Of a DNA stretch of 64,000 bases, positions 58,893 through 64,000 are shown piece after piece. Both the position numbers and the translations under genes were made by a program. The stretch comes from a virus (taxonomy: Duplodnaviria > Heunggongvirae > Uroviricota > Caudoviricetes), in the IMG/VR virus record IMGVR_UViG_3300031998_000001, positions 237,064-301,063 of that record. The stretch is one strand, 5' to 3'. The notes under the pieces are model-generated. The model was not told where the DNA came from. It ran no database searches and worked only from the letters and a program-made list of their open reading frames with translations. The number at the start of each line of letters is the position of its first letter. Position 1 is the first letter of the stretch.

Positions 58893-59660
58893 ATGGTACA
58901 CATCAAGAGACTGAACGAAATGAACAAGTATCAAGCAGCAATGGTCAATATGCTCAATGCCTGCGATACTCTCCGCATAGGAAGCGCATCGCATACATTT
59001 GCCTGTGCATTCGGGAACGGCGACTGGGAGGATTTGCCAGAAACACACAGGCGGATTAGCGGTCAGTTGCGTTCTACCGTGGAGGGAGACGGAAGCATTG
59101 AGATTGAATGGGACTTGAACCTTGATACTGGCATAATCGCTGGCTGGGACAGCGGTCTTGTCGAGATATACTTCAAAGTAACCGATATGGGCGAGTATAT
59201 GCTTATGAAGGACGGCAAGCCCGTGTGTGAAGTTACGGGCGAGTATGTCCCGAAGTTCTTGCAGATAGAGGGAAAGAATACATACGGCGACTATATTTCG
59301 ATTATGATTGACGAGAACGGTCATATCAACGGCTGGAACGGCAACTTGAAGCGTCAGGTGTTTTCGTTCTTCCGCAAGTACGGGCGGTATGTCGGCGCAA
59401 AGGGAGTTTCCGAAAGCAGGGACGACAGCAGGTACTGCTATTTCAGCGAGCCGAGCATTTCGATGGAAGTCTATGTTCCAGAAACATTCGATGACGAGTT
59501 CAAGTCGCAGTTCGACGATATGGACAACAGGCAACTTTACAATGCCGTAAAGGAACTCTACGACCTTGTTGCTGGAGACCCGATGCCGAACAAGTACGAC
59601 AGGGACGAACTTCTCTCTTGGATTTACGAATATGCCTGTGAGATGCTTGAAAACGAATAG
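58893..59660 (+). CDS. hypothetical protein with CTS-like N-terminus
   Basis: MVHIKRLNEM start; YVP..L....YGDYI...IDE.G.I..W module; internal VSES linker. Confidence 0.7.
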   Translation: MVHIKRLNEMNKYQAAMVNMLNACDTLRIGSASHTFACAFGNGDWEDLPETHRRISGQLRSTVEGDGSIEIEWDLNLDTGIIAGWDSGLVEIYFKVTDMGEYMLMKDGKPVCEVTGEYVPKFLQIEGKNTYGDYISIMIDENGHINGWNGNLKRQVFSFFRKYGRYVGAKGVSESRDDSRYCYFSEPSISMEVYVPETFDDEFKSQFDDMDNRQLYNAVKELYDLVAGDPMPNKYDRDELLSWIYEYACEMLENE

Positions 59661-59664
59661 AGCA

Positions 59665-59988
59665 ATGATGGACTGCACAAATCTGACATTGCCCGTGAAC
59701 AACTACTGGGGCGGGCTTATCGAGAGCGGAAAGATAGACTGGGACTATCGGGAGGTGAAGCCGTACTGGATTTCGAGGATATGCTCCTGCGCATCTGGCA
59801 CGACCGATGTCCGCACCATAGCAGGCACAATCCGAAACTTCAAGACAGCCACATTCACCAACAGGCACAACGGTCACAAGTCCGTGTTCGAGATAAGGGG
59901 CATAGAGGTCGTGGACGGGACATTCTATGACTTCTTCCAGAACGGCGTGTTCTACTTCATAATAGGCATCGGCAGGAAGATACGGTGA
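59665..59988 (+). CDS. ASCH/PUA-like domain protein
   Basis: L.L.V...W...I.SG..K..DYREVKPYW..R. Confidence 0.6.
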   Translation: MMDCTNLTLPVNNYWGGLIESGKIDWDYREVKPYWISRICSCASGTTDVRTIAGTIRNFKTATFTNRHNGHKSVFEIRGIEVVDGTFYDFFQNGVFYFIIGIGRKIR

Positions 59989-60010
59989 CGGCTCGATAGC
60001 CGACACACAC

Positions 60011-60043
60011 AAAAAAAGGCGGTCTGCACGAGTCCGCCTTTTA
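60011..60043 (+). terminator. rho-independent terminator
   Basis: AAAAGGCGG-loop-CCGCCTTTT. Confidence 0.75.
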
Positions 60044-60055
60044 TTTCGCACTTTT

Positions 60056-60084
60056 CTGAAATCATTATATATTCACTATATATT
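60056..60084 (+). promoter_or_regulatory. CTGAAA-N17-TATATT phage promoter
   Basis: Exact match. Confidence 0.8.
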
Positions 60085-60116
60085 AGTAATGGAAGAAACA
60101 TTAAAATTTTAGTGAT

Positions 60117-60839
60117 ATGACAAGGATTTTAGACTTACAAGATGTCCTCTCGGCAGTACCGCCGAAAGCGACAGCCACCTACGCTCCGATAGAGCACGGT
60201 GTAATTCACGACAAGATTATCGAGTGCATAGGCAAGAACAACTTTTCGCTTGTCGATACATTCGCGAAAGGCAAGAACACGGACAGTTGCATAGTCAACT
60301 ACACGCTCGCGGACAAGGAACGCAACTATGACCTCTCGAACGAGATGGGCATCCGCATCGGCTGGAAGAACAGTTACAACAAGACCGTTTCGTTCGGCTT
60401 CGCAATCGGCTCGGAGGTGTTCATCTGCACCAACGGTATGGTGCGTGGCGAGTACACAATCAAGAAGCAGCACCGCCAGAGGGACTTGCAGAACTATGTC
60501 ACCGACCTCATTGAAGAGTATTTCGGCAACATCCGCGAGACGCACAACGCGAATGTCGAACTCGCAAAGCACCTTATGGGCAAGGAGGTGTTCGAGGACG
60601 ATGCCCGCGAGATAATCGGACAGTTGTTCATAGACAACAAGATACTCAACACGAAGCAGTTGAGGGTTATGTCGAACGAACTCTACCACTCCACCAAGTT
60701 CCACAACTTCAACGAGTGCGAGACGATAACCGCGTGGGACTTGTACAACCACGGCACGACCGCCCTGAAGTCGTCAGCGGTCGTCAACGACTTCTCGAAG
60801 CACGAGGACTACAACAACTTCTTCATTAAAAAATTCTAA
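60117..60839 (+). CDS. DUF932/DUF945-like protein
   Basis: TY.PI.H, NSY....F...G..VF.C.NG, H, WDLYN..T. Confidence 0.65.
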   Translation: MTRILDLQDVLSAVPPKATATYAPIEHGVIHDKIIECIGKNNFSLVDTFAKGKNTDSCIVNYTLADKERNYDLSNEMGIRIGWKNSYNKTVSFGFAIGSEVFICTNGMVRGEYTIKKQHRQRDLQNYVTDLIEEYFGNIRETHNANVELAKHLMGKEVFEDDAREIIGQLFIDNKILNTKQLRVMSNELYHSTKFHNFNECETITAWDLYNHGTTALKSSAVVNDFSKHEDYNNFFIKKF

Positions 60840-60846
60840 CAAAAAT

Positions 60847-60875
60847 CTGAAATGAGAAGAACATTCCCATATATT
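60847..60875 (+). promoter_or_regulatory. CTGAAA-N17-TATATT phage promoter
   Basis: Exact match. Confidence 0.8.
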
Positions 60876-60918
60876 AGTGATGGAAAGAAAAACAATTAAC
60901 AACTAAAAAAATTAGGTT

Positions 60919-61407
60919 ATGACACTTTACGAATTACAACAGGAACAGTTGGAGTTGAACGCACTCCTCGAAGAAAACGGCGGTGAACTTACACCAGAAC
61001 TGGAAGAACGCCTTATGATACACGACTACGATGTCCAGCAGAAGATGGAATCGTACTGCAAGGCAATCAAGCAGTATGAAGCCGACATCGAAGGTTTCAA
61101 GGGCGAAATCGAACGCCTGAAAGCCCGCAAGGACTCGGCTGACAAGGCAATCGAGAGAATGAAGTCCGCAATGGTCAATGCAATGACCACTTTCGGATTG
61201 AGCAAGGTCGAAGCAGGAACATTCAAGATTGGCACTCGCAAGAGCCAGTCCCTCGAAGTCCTCGACGAATCGCTCGTTCCAGACAAGTTCAAGAACGAAG
61301 TCGTTACAATCAAGGTTGACAAGAACGCCATCAAGGACGCTATGAAGGCTGGCGAGGAAGTCAACGGCGTAAAACTCAACGACAACACGAGCATCTCAAT
61401 CAAGTAG
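60919..61407 (+). CDS. Siphovirus Gp157-family protein
   Basis: MTLYEL, K.EI.RL..RK, RKS..LEV.DE..VP..F, DK.AIK..K.G.EV.G. Confidence 0.85.
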   Translation: MTLYELQQEQLELNALLEENGGELTPELEERLMIHDYDVQQKMESYCKAIKQYEADIEGFKGEIERLKARKDSADKAIERMKSAMVNAMTTFGLSKVEAGTFKIGTRKSQSLEVLDESLVPDKFKNEVVTIKVDKNAIKDAMKAGEEVNGVKLNDNTSISIK

Positions 61408-61447
61408 CACTCAACACCCAACATTCATAATTTTACATTTAGGTTTG

Positions 61448-61477
61448 ACGGAATGGTGGAAACGCCATTCCGTTTTT
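61448..61477 (+). terminator. rho-independent terminator
   Basis: CGGAATGG-loop-CCATTCCG followed by T5. Confidence 0.6.
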
Positions 61478-61492
61478 AAAGAAAAAAAAAAG

Positions 61493-62341
61493 ATGGACAC
61501 CAACGACATAACGCCAGTAGAATACATAGACGGTATATATGTCAAGCGGGAAGACCTGTTCAAGCCGTACTCGTTCTCGAACGCAAACGGGAGCAAGTTG
61601 AGGCAGTGCATACTTCTTGTCGAAAAGAACATCGGCAGGGCGAAGAACGGTGTTGTAACTGGAACTTCGGTGGTTTCCCCGCAGTCGGTCATCTGCGCAA
61701 GCGTGGCAAAGGCTATGGGAATACCCTGCACGATAATATACGGGGGGACTAACGAGCAGTCTCTGGCGAAGAAAGCATATCCTACGCTCGCAAAGGAAAT
61801 CGGGGCGAACATCGTAATCGGAGGCAAGTTGGGCTACACATCCGTATTGCAGGCGAAGGCTACCGAATACGCGGAGAAGAACGATGCGTTCCAGATAAGA
61901 TACGGCTTCGACCTGATTGACAACTTGGATGTGTTCGTCGAAAGCGTCGCAAGGCAGGTCGAGAACATACCAGATGTCGATAATGTTGTCATCACGACGG
62001 GAAGCGCAATAACCCTCATCGGCTTGCTCTACGGCATAGCACTCCACAAGAAGAACATAAGGAATGTGTATGCCTATGCAATCGCGCCGAACCGCGAGGA
62101 AAAGATACGCGAGTTCAGAAACCTGATTTACATCAGGGACGACATCGCCCTGCCGACAGACAAATTGAGGTACATCGATTATTTCGCGGAAGTCGGATAC
62201 AACTACAACAAGGGCGTAAACGAAAAGATTGGCGATGTCATCCTGCATCCGAAATACGAGGCTAAAACATACCGCTGGCTGAAACAGGCTGGACTGGAAG
62301 GCTCTACGCTGTTCTGGATTGTCGGCGGGGACATAATATAA
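61493..62341 (+). CDS. PLP-dependent fold-type-II enzyme (ACC deaminase/D-cysteine desulfhydrase-like)
   Basis: TPVE...IYVKREDL..NGSKLR, SPQ, GS..T..G, YEAK, LFWIVG. Confidence 0.75.
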   Translation: MDTNDITPVEYIDGIYVKREDLFKPYSFSNANGSKLRQCILLVEKNIGRAKNGVVTGTSVVSPQSVICASVAKAMGIPCTIIYGGTNEQSLAKKAYPTLAKEIGANIVIGGKLGYTSVLQAKATEYAEKNDAFQIRYGFDLIDNLDVFVESVARQVENIPDVDNVVITTGSAITLIGLLYGIALHKKNIRNVYAYAIAPNREEKIREFRNLIYIRDDIALPTDKLRYIDYFAEVGYNYNKGVNEKIGDVILHPKYEAKTYRWLKQAGLEGSTLFWIVGGDII

Positions 62342-62351
62342 GGAGAAAGAT

Positions 62352-62606
62352 ATGGAAGGAAGAAAGATATACGACTACAGGTGGAGAGAGCCGTTCGGCA
62401 CGAACTGGTACACCACCCGATGCGAAGTGATAGGGGAGTACCCGAAGTCACTCAAGATTAAACTTCTCGGCTGTGGGAAGAACGGTATGCGCCCGGGCAC
62501 GGAACTCACCGTAAGGAAGGCTTCCGTCATCGGCTGGCAGGCTGAACAGAAGAAAGCCACAGCGACAGTTGACGACGGTTGGAAGGAATATACATACTTC
62601 TATTAG
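62352..62606 (+). CDS. hypothetical protein
   Basis: 84 aa in operon. Confidence 0.6.
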   Translation: MEGRKIYDYRWREPFGTNWYTTRCEVIGEYPKSLKIKLLGCGKNGMRPGTELTVRKASVIGWQAEQKKATATVDDGWKEYTYFY

Positions 62607-62609
62607 GAT

Positions 62610-63653
62610 ATGATAAGGGTGTTCACTACATTCAGCGGTTATGACAGCCAGTGCGTTGCGCTCGAAAGGCTCGGACTGGAATACGAACTCGTAGGCTGGT
62701 CGGAAATCGACAAGTACGCGATAGAGGCGCATAATGCGCTTTTCCCACAGTATGCCGAACGGAACTACGGGGACATAAGAAGCATTGACTGGTCGCAAGT
62801 TCCTGATTTCGACCTGTTTACTTATTCATCGCCTTGTACGGACTTCAGCATCGCTGGCTTAAAGCAGGGCGGTGAGAAGGGAAGCGGAACTCGCTCTTCG
62901 CTGTTGTGGGAATGCGAAAGGGCTATCTCCGAGAAGCGTCCGAAATATCTCGTTATGGAGAATGTCGCGACGCTTATGGGGGAAAGTTTCATAGACCTCC
63001 TGAACAAATGGCTCAAGACGCTCGAAGGCTACGGATACAAGAACTTCGCGAAACTCATCAACGCGAAGGACTACGGGGTTCCACAGAACAGACTGCGCAC
63101 CATAGTTGTCAGCATACATCAGGACGAGAACACCAAGTGGCACGAGATAATGTACAACTTCCCAGAGCCGAAAAGAACGAAGGGGAAAATGAGCGACATA
63201 CTCGAAAACGAAGTCGATAGGAGATATTATATCGGAATGGACGGCAAGAGTCTGGAAATAATACCGAGGCGCAATATGTACGAGTACGACACTTCAAATG
63301 TGATAGCGATGATTTCTGGAAAAGGATACGGCACGAAGTTCGAGTCCATAAGGCGGGTGTACGACATAAACGCCCTTGCGCCCACGATTACGACATACGG
63401 TGGCGGAAACAGGGAGGCGAAGATTATGCTTGAGGATTCGGACGGCAGGAAGTCGGTAAGGAAACTGACGGAGCGCGAATGCTTCCGACTGATGGGGCTT
63501 AACGACGCGGAGATAGACGCGATAAAAGCCACTGGTGCAAGCAGGACACAGCAGTACAAGATGGCTGGAAACTCAATCTGCGTCAACGCGCTCTCGGCTG
63601 TGTTCGACAAACTTTTCGTGCATACTGCGGACAAGGAAAAACGGTTATTCTGA
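62610..63653 (+). CDS. C5-cytosine DNA methyltransferase (Dcm-family)
   Basis: FSGYD, SEID, SSPCTDFS.AG, MENV, PQNR.R, YKMAGNS; ends EKRLF. Confidence 0.92.
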   Translation: MIRVFTTFSGYDSQCVALERLGLEYELVGWSEIDKYAIEAHNALFPQYAERNYGDIRSIDWSQVPDFDLFTYSSPCTDFSIAGLKQGGEKGSGTRSSLLWECERAISEKRPKYLVMENVATLMGESFIDLLNKWLKTLEGYGYKNFAKLINAKDYGVPQNRLRTIVVSIHQDENTKWHEIMYNFPEPKRTKGKMSDILENEVDRRYYIGMDGKSLEIIPRRNMYEYDTSNVIAMISGKGYGTKFESIRRVYDINALAPTITTYGGGNREAKIMLEDSDGRKSVRKLTERECFRLMGLNDAEIDAIKATGASRTQQYKMAGNSICVNALSAVFDKLFVHTADKEKRLF

Positions 63654-63676
63654 TAAATACTATATAAAGCCTATAT

Positions 63677-64000
63677 ATGGAGATAAGGGGAAAGGTACAC
63701 TGCTTCTTCGAGCAATCGGGAACATTCAAGAACGAGTTTATAAAACTCGGCATCCCAGCCGAAGACTACGACATACAGGACAACTTCGGTCAGACCGACC
63801 ACTTCGATGACTTGTTCAAGGCGATAGAGGATGCCTATGACGGCAAGCCGAGCCTGTTCGACGGCATATCGGAGGACGACCTGATATTCGCCTTCTTCCC
63901 GTGCATATACTTCTCGCCACTGTCCCAGATGTCAATGTACTGGACTTGCATCAACTACAAGTCAAAGACGACGAAGGAAACGACAGACCTCATACTCGAA
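63677..64000 (+). CDS. second divergent C5-methyltransferase-like protein (paralog of 37342), cut by the window end
   Basis: MEIRGKVHCFFEQSGTFKNEF identical to 37342; DLIFAFFPC; not in the supplied ORF track. Confidence 0.75.
   Translation, partial: MEIRGKVHCFFEQSGTFKNEFIKLGIPAEDYDIQDNFGQTDHFDDLFKAIEDAYDGKPSLFDGISEDDLIFAFFPCIYFSPLSQMSMYWTCINYKSKTTKETTDLILE

Noticed and set aside
61448-61480. CGGAAT...ATTCCG followed by TTTTTAAA as a mini TIR element
   Set aside because: Only 6 bp match the TIR and there is no upstream TSD; it is better explained as a terminator hairpin.
1-64000. Stop-codon reassignment (TAG=Gln) as in Lak megaphages
   Set aside because: Long genes are intact in code 11, and TAG ends genes at sensible positions (e.g. 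1769, 37332, 54558).
1-64000. tRNA, rRNA or CRISPR arrays
   Set aside because: No cloverleaf/T-loop signature or regularly spaced repeats were seen in the intergenic gaps.

Overview
64 kb of a large T4-like (myovirus-type) phage genome in standard code 11, probably infecting a gut or rumen Bacteroidales host. Support: a Bacteroidetes TTTG/TAnnTTTG promoter, Bacteroides-type NrdG and a GLUG/T9SS-like protein. Core genes recognised from motifs: portal, gp5-like spike, gp25-like wedge, large baseplate and fibre proteins, sigma-70-family factor, gp33-like coactivator, UvsY, GroES, J-domain protein, NrdG. The family-B DNA polymerase is encoded in three pieces, with a split intein flanking a free-standing endonuclease. 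Main observations: (1) 12 DNA methyltransferase genes from three classes with no restriction enzymes; all 11 complete ones end in the same [K/R/C]LF-COOH tag that also ends the polymerase and the gp33-like protein, suggesting sliding-clamp-tethered methylation of nascent DNA. (2) A family of transposase-less cassettes with CGGAATT... terminal inverted repeats and 8-bp target duplications; one carries an intact TnpB, another a late-promoter-driven cargo with a capsid-targeting-like N-terminus. (3) A family of unrelated proteins sharing a T4 CTS-like N-terminal motif. (4) Three distinct promoter classes that suggest a host-sigma -> phage-sigma -> late cascade. All product calls come from visual motif recognition; no database searches were run.
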